51,879 nucleotides of DNA from Polyangiales bacterium (GCA_044376155.1 JBILLI010000001.1:1-51879); one strand, 5' to 3'. Shown: positions 1-11,165, numbered from the stretch's first letter. Translations and numbers: made by a program. The notes: generated from the sequence alone by a model not told the origin.

Positions 1-26
1 GCCGTGCAAAAGGAGTTGATACCTTT

Positions 27-2531
27 GTGAAGACGAGAACCTTCGGTGATCCGTGGAAGGCCCGGGCGCTTGGCGCGCTCGGCCTCCTCGCGGCGTGCGG
101 GGTGCCGGCGTGCACCGACACCGTGCTGCCGCCCCAGACGACCGACGCCGCCGCCGACACCAGCGCCCAGGACGGCGCGCTGCCCGTCGACAACGGGACC
201 GGGCCGACGGACGGCGCCACCCCGGTCGACACCGGCACGCCGGTCGACAACGGCGGGCCCACCCCCGACGTGGTGAGCCCCATGGACGCGGTGACCGAGA
301 CCGACGCCGCCACCGAGACCGACGCCGCCACCGCCCCCGACGCCGCGCCGCCCGAAGACATCGTGATTCCCGACGGCGCGCTCGACGACGTGGTGACCTG
401 CCCGATGGGCCAGTCGTCGTGCGGCGGCGCGTGCATTGACACCACGGGTGACGCCCGCAACTGCGGCGCGTGCAACAACGCCTGCGGCGCGGGCCAGGTC
501 TGCAACACCGGCATGTGCGTCTGCCCGCCGGGCACCACCGCCTGCGGCGGCGCCTGCGTGAACACCGCGAGCAGCGCGACGAACTGCGGCGCCTGCGGCA
601 ACGCCTGCCCGATGGGCCAGGTCTGCAACAGCGGCACCTGCGAGACCACCTGCGGCGCGGGCCTCACCGCGTGCAGCGGCGCGTGCGTGGACCTCAACAG
701 CACCAACACGAGCTGCGGCATGTGCGGCAACAGCTGCGCCGGCGGCTCCACCTGCGTCGCGGGCGTCTGCACCTGCCCCGCGGGCCAGACCCTCTGCGGC
801 GGCGTCTGCGTCGACACCCGCTCCAACGCCGCGAACTGCGGCACCTGCGGCACCGCCTGCGGCACCGGCCAGGTCTGCAACGGCGGCGCCTGCGCGACCT
901 CGTGCGCCATGGGCCTCACCGTCTGCGGGAGCGCCTGCGTCGATACCCGCATCGACAACACCAACTGCGGGAGCTGCGGCCGCAGCTGCACCGCCGGCCA
1001 GAGCTGCGTCGCGGGCACCTGCCAGTGCGCCACCGGCGAGGTCCTCTGCGGCGGTCGCTGCATCAGCACCGCGTCTGACCGACTCAACTGCGGCGCCTGC
1101 GGCAACGCCTGCCCCACGGGTCAGGACTGCGCCAGCGGCGCGTGCGTCACGACCTGCCCCGCGGGCACCGCCACCTGCGCCGGCGCCTGCGTGAACACCC
1201 AGACCAGCAACAGCAACTGCGGCGCCTGCGGCACCGCGTGCACCGGCGGCACCGCCTGCGTGGGCGGCTCCTGCGCCTGCCCCTCGGGCACCACGAGCTG
1301 CTCGGGCAACTGCGTCAACACTCGCAGCGACCCCGCCAACTGCGGCGCCTGCGGCAACGCCTGCAGCATGGGCCAGGTCTGCACCAACGGCGCCTGCATG
1401 ATCATGTGCGGCGCGGGCCAGACCCTCTGCGGCGGCGCCTGCGTGACCCTCGCATCTGACAACGCCAACTGCGGCGCCTGCGGCCGCGCCTGCGCCAACG
1501 GCACCACCTGCCAGAGCGGCATGTGCGCCTGCCCCACGGGCCAGATCACCTGCAACGGGCAGTGCATCGACCCCGCGGTGAACCAGACCAACTGCGGCCG
1601 CTGCGGCAACGTCTGCGCGGGCGCCACCACCTGCAACATGGGCGCGTGCGCCTGCCCCACGGGCCAGAGCGCCTGCAACGGCCAGTGCACCGACCTGCAG
1701 ACCAACCGCGCCAACTGCGGCCAGTGCGGGCGGCAGTGCATCAATGGCTCGGCGTGCGTCGCGGGCAGCTGCACCTTCACCTGCCCCATGGGCACGACGC
1801 TCTGCAACGGCCAGTGCATCAACCTCCAGACCAGCGCCACGAACTGCGGCGCCTGCGGCCGCAACTGCGGCACCGGCGCGACCTGCACCGCGGGCGCGTG
1901 TCAGTGCCCCACCGGCCAGAATGTCTGCAACAACGTCTGCACCAACCTGCAGACCAGCAACACGAACTGCGGACGCTGCGGCGTCGCGTGCGGCGGCGGG
2001 TCCACCTGCGTCATGGGCGCCTGCGCCTGCCCCACGGGCCAGACGCTCTGCAACGGCCAGTGTGTGAACCTCCAGACCAGCAACACGAGCTGCGGCCGCT
2101 GCGGCAACGCCTGCACCGCGGGCGCCACCTGCCAGGCCGGCACCTGCGCGTGCCCGACCGGCACCTCGCGCTGCAACGGCCAGTGCGTGAACCTCCAGAC
2201 CAGCACGTCGAACTGCGGCACCTGCGGCAACACCTGCGCCGGCGGCACGACCTGCGCCATGGGCAACTGCGCCTGTCCCACGGGCCAGACGCTCTGCAAT
2301 GGCCAGTGCGTCAACCTCCAGACCAGCGCGACGAACTGCGGCCGCTGCAGCAACGCCTGCAGCAGCAACCTCACCTGCACCATGGGCACCTGCGGCTGCT
2401 CGGGGAACACCCCGAACCTCTGCAACGGCGCCTGCACGAACACGCAGTTCAGCAACGCGAACTGCGGCCGCTGCGGCAACGCCTGCGGCCAGCGTCAGCA
2501 GTGCGTCTTCGGCGTCTGCCGCGGCGGCTGA
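27..2531 (+). CDS. Cysteine-rich tandem-repeat lipoprotein (17 modules of 41-43 aa, eight Cys each, NCGxCGxxC core)
   Basis: GTG start at 27 is preceded by AAGGAG (10-15). The N-terminus MKTR...LGLLAAC is a signal peptide plus lipobox. A D/T/P/A-rich linker (TETDAATETDAAT) follows, then 17 tandem modules C-x6-C-x3-C-x9-C-x2-C-x3-C-x5-C-x4-C. Codon position 3 is strongly G/C in this frame only. Confidence 0.85.
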   Translation: MKTRTFGDPWKARALGALGLLAACGVPACTDTVLPPQTTDAAADTSAQDGALPVDNGTGPTDGATPVDTGTPVDNGGPTPDVVSPMDAVTETDAATETDAATAPDAAPPEDIVIPDGALDDVVTCPMGQSSCGGACIDTTGDARNCGACNNACGAGQVCNTGMCVCPPGTTACGGACVNTASSATNCGACGNACPMGQVCNSGTCETTCGAGLTACSGACVDLNSTNTSCGMCGNSCAGGSTCVAGVCTCPAGQTLCGGVCVDTRSNAANCGTCGTACGTGQVCNGGACATSCAMGLTVCGSACVDTRIDNTNCGSCGRSCTAGQSCVAGTCQCATGEVLCGGRCISTASDRLNCGACGNACPTGQDCASGACVTTCPAGTATCAGACVNTQTSNSNCGACGTACTGGTACVGGSCACPSGTTSCSGNCVNTRSDPANCGACGNACSMGQVCTNGACMIMCGAGQTLCGGACVTLASDNANCGACGRACANGTTCQSGMCACPTGQITCNGQCIDPAVNQTNCGRCGNVCAGATTCNMGACACPTGQSACNGQCTDLQTNRANCGQCGRQCINGSACVAGSCTFTCPMGTTLCNGQCINLQTSATNCGACGRNCGTGATCTAGACQCPTGQNVCNNVCTNLQTSNTNCGRCGVACGGGSTCVMGACACPTGQTLCNGQCVNLQTSNTSCGRCGNACTAGATCQAGTCACPTGTSRCNGQCVNLQTSTSNCGTCGNTCAGGTTCAMGNCACPTGQTLCNGQCVNLQTSATNCGRCSNACSSNLTCTMGTCGCSGNTPNLCNGACTNTQFSNANCGRCGNACGQRQQCVFGVCRGG
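399..2528 (+). repeat. Coding tandem repeat array (123-129 bp period) inside the Cys-rich lipoprotein gene
   Basis: Module starts (TGC CCx ...) fall at 1530, 1653, 1782, 1905, 2028, 2151, 2274 and 2397. TGCAA(C/T)GGCCAG recurs at 1803, 2049, 2172 and 2295, exactly 123 bp or multiples apart, with a diverged copy at 1926. Confidence 0.9.
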
Positions 2532-2544
2532 TCCCCGCTCCCCC

Positions 2545-4542
2545 TCACACCCGCTGACCGCGCGCGTCCTCCACGAGGGCGCGCAGCGCCTCGCAGTCGC
2601 TCCAGGCCTGCGCGAAGCATCCTCCTGCGCGGTGCGGCGCGTCGCCGTCGTAGACCTCGGGGAGGTGCCCGAGCCCGTGCGCCGACAGCGCCTCCGACAG
2701 CGGCGCGAGCAGCGCGCGCACCTCGACCCGCGCAGACTCCACCGCCGCGGCGTCGCCCGATCGCTCGGCGGTCACCACCCGCGCCCGGGTATACGCCCCG
2801 AGGAGGAAAGGCCACGCCGTGCCCTGGTGGTACGCCCCATCCCGCGACCAGGGATCCCCCTCGAAGCGCCCGCGGTACGACGCGTCGCGGGGCGAGAGCG
2901 TGCGCACGGCGAGGGGCACCAGGAGCTCCGAGCGTGCCCGGGTGAGCACCGCCTCGCAGCGCGTGAGGGGCACGAGCTCCCCCGGCAGCGCGAGGGCGTA
3001 GAGCGCGTTGGGCCGCACGGCGTCGTCGTCGCCCGTGGGGCCGCCCACGACGTCGCGGAGGTATCCCGTCGCGGGGCTCCAGAAGCGGGCGTTGAAGACA
3101 TCGCGGGCGCGGTCGGCCTCGGCGGTGTACCCCGCCGCGATGGTGGGGTCGTCGGCGAGCTCGGCGAGCAGGCGCAGCGCGTGGTGCCAGAGCGCGTTGA
3201 TCTCCACCGGCGCGCCGCGCCGCGGGGTGACCACCCAGTCGCCCACCTTCGCGTCCATCCACGTGAGCTGCGTGCCCTGCTCGCCCGCGTAGAGCAGGCC
3301 GTCGTCGCCCACGCGGATGCCGTAGCGCGTGCCCGCCCGAAAGCTCCGCGCGATCTCCTCCAGCGCGGGGCGCATCACCTCGCGCACGAAGGCCTCGTCG
3401 CCCGTGGCGTCGCGGTAGCGCCGGGTCGCGTAGAAGAGCCACAGCGGCGCGTCGACGGTGTTGTAGTCGGCCCCGCCCGCGGCGCCGTCGGGGAAGCGGT
3501 TGGGCACCATGCCCCCGTCGACGTAGCGCGCGAAGGCCGCGAGCACCGCGCGGCCGTCGTCGAAGCGCCCGGTCACGAGGTACGCGCCCGTGAACGCGAT
3601 GAGCGTGTCGCGGCCCCAGTCTTCGAACCACGGATAGCCCGCGAGCAGCGCCGGCGGGTCTGAGACGCTCGCGCGGTAGGCGTCCACCGCGACGTGCAGC
3701 GCGCACGCCACCGGGTCGAGCTCTGACGGCGGCGGGAGCGAGAGCAACCGCGCGCGCTCGGTGTCCTCGGCGTCGTCGATCTCGTTGTCGGACAAGGGTT
3801 CCGTGCTCATCGCGAGACACACGGTCTCCCCCGGCGCGAGGGAGACGAGGATCTCCCCCGGGGTGAAGAGGTCCTCCCGGGCGTCGAGCCCACGGCCGCG
3901 CTCGAGGGCGTGGTCGAAGTCTCTCCACCAGTCGGGCGACGGGTTCATCACCCCCGGCGCGCGGAGGTGCACCGCGGTGAAGCCGTCGTAGGGCCGCACG
4001 GTCCATCGCCCCTCGCCCGCCGCCTCGGCGTGGATGCGCGCCAGCGGGTTCACCCGCGCGTGCCCGTGAAAGTCGCGAAACGCGCAGAACGGCCGCAGCC
4101 CCAGCAGCACCGAGCGCTCGCCCTCGCGCAGGGTGTAGCGCAGCACGGTGGCGTTCTTGCCGCGCACCATGCACACGCTGCGCTCCAGCAAGGCGTCGCC
4201 GACGCGCAGGGTCCAGGTGGGCAGCGGGTCGAGGGAGAAGCCTTGCACCCGGGTCCAGCCGTCGGGGGTCACCACGTCGGGAAAGGCCCGCGACGAGAGC
4301 GCGGTGGCGCTGGCCCCGATGACCAGCCGCTCGTCGACGTGGCTCACCAGCACGTGCCGCCCGCGCGGCGGCGAGAGCGCGGCCACGAGGAGCCCATGGT
4401 AGCGCCGCGTGGCGACGCCCGACACGGTGCCGCTCGCGAACCCGCCGATGCCATTGGTGACCAGCCACTCGCGCGCCGTGAGCGCCGAGAGGTCGGTGAG
4501 AACATCGTGGCCCAGGGAGAACATCCCCGGACAGTACATCAC
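2545..4542 (-). CDS. Glycogen debranching enzyme, archaeal type (amylo-alpha-1,6-glucosidase family)
   Basis: N-terminal block EWLVTNGIGGFASGTVSGVATRRYHGLL and central block LLAGYPWFEDWGRDTLIAF are hallmark GDE_N/GDE_C motifs. 665 aa. The start could instead be the in-frame ATG at 4524 (MFSLGH...). Confidence 0.85.
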   Translation of the reverse strand: MMYCPGMFSLGHDVLTDLSALTAREWLVTNGIGGFASGTVSGVATRRYHGLLVAALSPPRGRHVLVSHVDERLVIGASATALSSRAFPDVVTPDGWTRVQGFSLDPLPTWTLRVGDALLERSVCMVRGKNATVLRYTLREGERSVLLGLRPFCAFRDFHGHARVNPLARIHAEAAGEGRWTVRPYDGFTAVHLRAPGVMNPSPDWWRDFDHALERGRGLDAREDLFTPGEILVSLAPGETVCLAMSTEPLSDNEIDDAEDTERARLLSLPPPSELDPVACALHVAVDAYRASVSDPPALLAGYPWFEDWGRDTLIAFTGAYLVTGRFDDGRAVLAAFARYVDGGMVPNRFPDGAAGGADYNTVDAPLWLFYATRRYRDATGDEAFVREVMRPALEEIARSFRAGTRYGIRVGDDGLLYAGEQGTQLTWMDAKVGDWVVTPRRGAPVEINALWHHALRLLAELADDPTIAAGYTAEADRARDVFNARFWSPATGYLRDVVGGPTGDDDAVRPNALYALALPGELVPLTRCEAVLTRARSELLVPLAVRTLSPRDASYRGRFEGDPWSRDGAYHQGTAWPFLLGAYTRARVVTAERSGDAAAVESARVEVRALLAPLSEALSAHGLGHLPEVYDGDAPHRAGGCFAQAWSDCEALRALVEDARGQRV

Positions 4543-4548
4543 CCACCC

Positions 4549-5865
4549 TCAGCCGAAGCGCACCCGCAGCCCGCCCTTGTAGCTCGCCGGAAAGCTCCCC
4601 ATGCGCATCGCGAGGTCCTGCGGGAGCAGGGTCAGCGCGGGCCCGCGGAGCAGCTCGGAGAAGAACACCAGCAGCGCCAGGGTCGAGTACTCCACCCCCG
4701 CGCAGCGGTGGCTGCTCAGCGCCTCGCCCGGCCCCTGCGGCGCGAAGTGGTGGGCGCCCTCTCCCTCACCCCGGGCGTAGCGCGCGGGGTCGAAGCGCTC
4801 GGGCGACGCGTACGGCGCCACCCCCGGGACGACGTGGCTGCCGTAGGTCGTCCAGAGCACCAGCCAGCCCTGCGGCACGCGGTGACCCGCGACGGCGAAA
4901 TCCCGCGCCGCCACGCCGATCGCGGTGATCGGGATGAGCATCGCCGTGCGCTTCACCTCGCGCGCGAGGTTCAACAGGGCGTCGCACGCCAGCAGCGCGC
5001 GGCCGTCGGGGTCGGCGGGCAGCGCGGCCACGGCCTCGCGCAGCGACGCGGTGAGCGCGGGGTCTTCCGCGAGCGCCCGCGCGCCGTGGCAGAACCACCC
5101 CCAGAGCCCCGTGGCCGCGAAGATCATGTGCTGCAGCTCCAGCACGAGGTCGTCGGTGGCGAGGCGCTCGCCGTCGACCTCCGAGGCCACGAGGCGCGAG
5201 ACCCCGTCGCCCGTCGGCGCGGCCCGGCGCTGCGCGATGACCTCGCGGAGGGTCGCGTGCATCTCGGCGTTGAACGCCCGGGCGCGGGCCAGGGGGGTGC
5301 CCGGGAGCGCGAAGGGCAGGCCCACGAGGGCCATGCCGAAATCCGCGTAGCCCTGCGCGTAGCGCGCGAGGGTGGCGTCGTCGCGGGTGAGGCCGGCGAA
5401 GTCGCCGAGGATGAGCTCCATCGTGAGCAGCACCGAGGCGTCCTGGAGCTTCATCTCCCCGGCCGCGGCCCATCCCTGCATGCGCCCGCGGACCTTCGCG
5501 CGCATCGCGGGGAGGTAGTGGGCGAGGGCCTCGCGGTCGAGGGCGCGCATGAGGTGTCGCTTGCGCCGGCGGTGCGCGTCGCCGTCGATCTGGTTCACCA
5601 CCCCGGCGCCGAAGAGGGCCGCGGCGTGCGGCGGCAGGCCCCCCGCGCGGCGCACGTTCGCCTCGTCGAGGAACACCGCCGCGGCGTCGGGCCCCGCGAG
5701 GATCGCGAGGTCTTGCGCGAGGAGCTTGCTGCGGGTCACGGCGCCGTGCTTCGCCGCCCGGTCGCGCATGAAGTGAAAGGGGTTGCCCGCGAGGGCGGCG
5801 GCCTCGCCGAGCAGGGGCCACCCCGTGGAGCCGGGCGGGAGCGGGAGCGAAGCGACGTCGGTCAT
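4549..5865 (-). CDS. Cytochrome P450
   Basis: 438 aa. ExxR (EVKR). Cys-ligand loop F-x-PQGPGEALSSHRCAGVEY (HRCAG). N-terminal LPLPPGSTGWPLLGE is typical of CYP N-termini. ATG at 5865. Only 6 bp separate its stop from the GDE start. Confidence 0.85.
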   Translation of the reverse strand: MTDVASLPLPPGSTGWPLLGEAAALAGNPFHFMRDRAAKHGAVTRSKLLAQDLAILAGPDAAAVFLDEANVRRAGGLPPHAAALFGAGVVNQIDGDAHRRRKRHLMRALDREALAHYLPAMRAKVRGRMQGWAAAGEMKLQDASVLLTMELILGDFAGLTRDDATLARYAQGYADFGMALVGLPFALPGTPLARARAFNAEMHATLREVIAQRRAAPTGDGVSRLVASEVDGERLATDDLVLELQHMIFAATGLWGWFCHGARALAEDPALTASLREAVAALPADPDGRALLACDALLNLAREVKRTAMLIPITAIGVAARDFAVAGHRVPQGWLVLWTTYGSHVVPGVAPYASPERFDPARYARGEGEGAHHFAPQGPGEALSSHRCAGVEYSTLALLVFFSELLRGPALTLLPQDLAMRMGSFPASYKGGLRVRFG

Positions 5866-5931
5866 GGGTCCTCGTGGGGAGAGTGCGGCGAGCGAGCAAC
5901 GCCCGTCGCGCGCGAATGGATTGTCGCGCGC

Positions 5932-6873
5932 TCAGTCGAGAAAGTCGTTGACCGGCGTGAGCAGCGGGGGGAGCTCGTCTTCGCCGAGGCTCTGCCGGAG
6001 GTTCACCTCGATCATGCGCGAGATGGCCCGCAGCGGGAGGTCGTTGTAGTCGCACCCGAAGGGCATCTCGATCTCCTCACCGACCACGTCGAGGCCGAAG
6101 AACGCGTAGGCCACGATCACGCACACGAAGGGGGTGTAGATCCCCACCGCGTCGACCACGCCGAAGGGCAGCGCGTAGCAGTACACCGCGGTGATGCGGT
6201 GGATCAGGGTGGTGTACGAGAAGGGGATGGGCGTGGACTTGATGCGCTCGCACGCGCCCTGAATGTCCGTGAGCGCGGTGAGGGAGCCCTCGAGCACGGA
6301 GAGGTGCATCGGGTGCAGCAGCCCCCCGCGCCAGGCCCGCTGCAGCCGGTCGCCGGTGCCCTGGTTGATCGCGAAGGGCCGGTTGCGCTCATTGGCCAGC
6401 GCCTCGACCTCCTCGCGGGGCAAGAAGTCGGCGAGCTCGGAGAGGTCCTGCTCGTCGCGGAGCGCGAGCCGCAGGGCGTGCACGAAGGCGATGACCCGGT
6501 ACACCAGCTCTCGTCGCAGGGCGGGGAGGTCGGCCGTGGGGGAGGCCTCTCCGGGCTGCGGCCCGAGCAGCGTGAGCACCTGCCGCGCGCACGAGCGCGA
6601 GGTGTTCACCAGCGCGCCCCAGAGCTTGCGGCCCTCCCACCAGCGGTCGTAGCTCGCGTTGTTGCGAAACCCGAGGAAGATGCCCAGGGCCACGCCCACG
6701 AGCTGGAAGGGGAGCGGCGTGAGCCGTGGGTGCCAGTCGTGCTTCACCTCCAGCACGGTGACCACCACGCTCACGACGGCCACCCCGAGGATGCGCCACT
6801 TGGTCCGTGGCAGCTCGCTCCCGCGGTACGTGAGCACACGGCCCCACCAGTTCAGCCTCGACGGCACGAGCAT
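5932..6873 (-). CDS. Bestrophin-like (UPF0187/YneE) anion channel
   Basis: TM helices plus GFRNNASYDRWWEGRKLWG, the signature of the bestrophin/RFP-TM family. ATG at 6873 is preceded by GGAGGA 11 nt upstream. The longer ORF to 6927 lacks an RBS. Confidence 0.8.
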   Translation of the reverse strand: MLVPSRLNWWGRVLTYRGSELPRTKWRILGVAVVSVVVTVLEVKHDWHPRLTPLPFQLVGVALGIFLGFRNNASYDRWWEGRKLWGALVNTSRSCARQVLTLLGPQPGEASPTADLPALRRELVYRVIAFVHALRLALRDEQDLSELADFLPREEVEALANERNRPFAINQGTGDRLQRAWRGGLLHPMHLSVLEGSLTALTDIQGACERIKSTPIPFSYTTLIHRITAVYCYALPFGVVDAVGIYTPFVCVIVAYAFFGLDVVGEEIEMPFGCDYNDLPLRAISRMIEVNLRQSLGEDELPPLLTPVNDFLD

Positions 6874-6960
6874 CGCGCGTGAATCCTCCGACCGGGGCGG
6901 ATACACGCATCTCCCCGGGCAGCGCAACGCGGTCGCGGCCCGGGCGCTTGATCGCGCATT

Positions 6961-9027
<2,067 letters not shown>

Positions 9028-9071
9028 TGTCGCTTGACACCCGTCGCGCCGACGTGTTCTCACCCTTCGCG

Positions 9072-9386
9072 ATGTACCTCGGGCGCGTGATCGGCACCTG
9101 CGTCGCGACGGAGCGCGCGGCGGGACTCGACGGGGTGAAGCTCCTGCTGGTGGAGCCCGTGAACACCGCCCTCGCCCGCACCGGCGCGCCCTTCGTGGCC
9201 GCCGACACCGTGGGCGTGGGCGTGGGCGAGGTGGTCTTCCTCGTGGGCGCCCGCGAGGCGTCGCTGGCCCTCGATCCCAGCTTCGTGCCCGTCGACGCGG
9301 CCATCGTGGGCATCGTCGACGAGGCCACGCGGGTCGACGGCGCGAAGGAGTTCCTGCGCGGGCGCGACGACGGAGGCGCGGCGTGA
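9072..9386 (+). CDS. Bacterial microcompartment vertex pentamer protein (BMC-P, EutN/CcmL family), copy 1
   Basis: 104 aa. MYLGRVIGTCVATER...GVKLLLVEP...DTVGVGVGEVVFLVG...VDAAIVGIVDE matches the conserved blocks of EutN/CcmL. ATG at 9072, 44 bp after the activator stop. Confidence 0.85.
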   Translation: MYLGRVIGTCVATERAAGLDGVKLLLVEPVNTALARTGAPFVAADTVGVGVGEVVFLVGAREASLALDPSFVPVDAAIVGIVDEATRVDGAKEFLRGRDDGGAA

Positions 9387-9661
9387 AGCTCGCGAAGGTC
9401 GTCGGCACGCTCACCGCCACGGTGCACGAGCGCTCGTATGACGGGCAGACCCTGCTGCTGTGCGTCCCCGTGGGGGGCGACGGCGCGCCCGTGGGAGAGG
9501 TCTTCATCGCCGTCGACCGCGCGCAGGCCGGCGAAGGCGACACCGTGCTGGTGAACGCCGAGGGCGGCGGCGCGCGGCAGGTGTTCGGCATGAAGGCCAC
9601 CGACCGGCTCGCCATTCAAGACGTGATCGTCGGCGTGGTCGACGCGGTGACGGAGCGGTGA
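9383..9661 (+). CDS. Bacterial microcompartment vertex pentamer protein (BMC-P, EutN/CcmL family), copy 2
   Basis: 92 aa. MKLAKVVGTLTATV...QTLLLCVP...AVDRAQAGEGDTVLV...VIVGVVDAV. The GTG start overlaps the stop of copy 1 (GTGA at 9383-9386). Confidence 0.85.
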   Translation: MKLAKVVGTLTATVHERSYDGQTLLLCVPVGGDGAPVGEVFIAVDRAQAGEGDTVLVNAEGGGARQVFGMKATDRLAIQDVIVGVVDAVTER

Positions 9662-10302
9662 TGGAGGCGAAGGTCCGCGAAGAGATCGTGCGCGCGTCGC
9701 AGGAGATGGCCGCGCGGGGTTGGGTCGCCAACCACGACGGCAACGTGTCGGCCCGCGTCGCCAGCAACCGGCTGATCTGCACCCCCACGGCGACCCACAA
9801 GTCCCGCGTGCGCGCGCAGGACCTCGTGGTGACCGACGCCCAGGGCAAGCAGCTCTCGGGGCGCGGAAAGCCCTTCTCCGAGTTCGCGATGCACCTCGCG
9901 ATCTACAAGGCCCGCGGCGACGTCGGCGCCGTGGCCCACGCGCACCCGGCCTTCGCCACCGCCCTCGGCGTGAGCGGGCGCGAGCTCCTGTGCTTTCTCC
10001 CCGAGAGCGTGGTCTCGCTCGGCACCCGCGTGCCGCTCGTGCCGCTCGCCCCACCCGGCGCCGCCGCCGTGACTGCGATGGAGCCCTTCTTCAAAGACTT
10101 CGACGCCGTGCTCGTGGCGGGCAACGGGGTCTTCACCTGGGGCGATGACGTCGAGCAGGCGCTGCTGCGCCTGGAGCTCGTCGAGCACCTCGCCACCATC
10201 GCGTCGCACGCCTCGGCCTGGGGCGGCCCCCAGCCGCTGCCCCGCGACATGGTCGAGAAGCTCCTGGAGGCCCGCAAGAAGGCTTTCCCGCGACGCGCGT
10301 AG
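9661..10302 (+). CDS. Class II aldolase/adducin-domain protein (FucA/AraD-like)
   Basis: 213 aa. GWVANHDGNVSAR, FAMHLAIYKARGDVGAVAHAHP (His cluster), VLVAGNGVFTWGDD. ATG shares one nt with the BMC-P2 stop (TGATG at 9659-9663). Confidence 0.85.
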   Translation: MEAKVREEIVRASQEMAARGWVANHDGNVSARVASNRLICTPTATHKSRVRAQDLVVTDAQGKQLSGRGKPFSEFAMHLAIYKARGDVGAVAHAHPAFATALGVSGRELLCFLPESVVSLGTRVPLVPLAPPGAAAVTAMEPFFKDFDAVLVAGNGVFTWGDDVEQALLRLELVEHLATIASHASAWGGPQPLPRDMVEKLLEARKKAFPRRA

Positions 10303-10411
10303 CGACGCGTCCGCAGCGCATCCGTCGTGAACGGCGAGCGTTCCATCGTGCCGCCCGCGCGCGGTGCAGGTAGAACGACGCCCCCTGTTGCCCCGATGGA
10401 GCGCACCCCGC

Positions 10412-11155
10412 ATGACGAAGCTCGCCCCCATCCTCGAAGCGTCTGCGGTCCACGACCGGCGGATGCTGAGCGTCTGGCTCACGGCGACCTTCTCCGCGGG
10501 CATGGTGAACACCATCACCTTCCTCGCGTGCCAGCGCTTCGTCACCCACGTCACGGGCCACCTCACGCTCATCGGCAAGGACATCCACCAGGTCGTGCTG
10601 ATGCTCGACTACGTGCTGGTGCTCCTGAGCTTCATCGCGGGGGCGATGCTCTCGTACCGCCTCATCGACGGGCGACGCGTGCGCGGCATGGACCCATGGC
10701 CCACGGCGCCCCTGGGCTTCGTGGGTCTGGGCCTCGCCTCGGTGGCCGTGCTCGGCGAGTTCGGGGTCTACGGCCCCTTCGGGCAGACCGTCGAGACCCG
10801 CGGGGACTTCGAGCTCCTCGCGATGCTCGCCTTCGTCATGGGGCTGCAGAACGCGTCGGTGGCGACCACCACGGGGATGATCGTGCGCACCACGCACATG
10901 ACCGGGCCGGTGACCGACTTCTCTGTGGCCCTCGCGGCGTGGCTCTCGCCCGCGCCGGATGCCATTCGCGAGACGGCGCTGGAGTCGGTGAAGCTCCGCG
11001 GCGCGAAGATCCTGGCCTTCGCGGCCGGGTGCGCCTTCGCGGCCCTGGTGGCGCCCCGGCTGCAGTACGCGGCGTTCTTCATCCCCGCGCTGCTGATCGC
11101 GATCTCAGGCCGCTGGCTGCACACGCACCTGCAGCTCCTGAAGCCCAGGGAGTGA
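10412..11155 (+). CDS. DUF1275/YoaK-family membrane protein
   Basis: Polytopic. Blocks SAGMVNTITFLACQRFVTHVTGH and GLQNASVATTTGMIVRTTHMTG are typical of the family. Internal ATG at 10412 is preferred over the ORF start at 10364. Confidence 0.7.
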   Translation: MTKLAPILEASAVHDRRMLSVWLTATFSAGMVNTITFLACQRFVTHVTGHLTLIGKDIHQVVLMLDYVLVLLSFIAGAMLSYRLIDGRRVRGMDPWPTAPLGFVGLGLASVAVLGEFGVYGPFGQTVETRGDFELLAMLAFVMGLQNASVATTTGMIVRTTHMTGPVTDFSVALAAWLSPAPDAIRETALESVKLRGAKILAFAAGCAFAALVAPRLQYAAFFIPALLIAISGRWLHTHLQLLKPRE

Positions 11156-11165
11156 CCCGCCGGGC

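Noticed and set aside
1121-2557. Several 100-340 aa ORFs in other frames or on the other strand of the first Cys-rich gene (e.g. 1121-1888 -, 1523-2557 +, 1901-2479 -)
   Set aside because: Their periodic sequences (LRxLRQRL..., PQAPQF...) are frame-shifted or mirror readings of the TGC/GGC/GCC-rich repeat. Only the 27-2531 frame has a signal peptide, a lipobox and a regular Cys spacing.
3910-6882. 990-aa + strand ORF spanning three genes
   Set aside because: It runs antisense to the GDE, P450 and bestrophin genes, all of which have clear family motifs. Its translation is an Arg/Ala/Gly/His/Pro-rich string with no motif. Such stop-free antisense frames are expected at this GC content.
9028-9071. 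TTGACA hexamer (9041-9046) as a promoter for the BMC-P genes
   Set aside because: No acceptable -10 element sits at 16-18 nt spacing (TTCTCA only). The gap to the ATG is 44 bp, so read-through from the activator gene is equally likely.
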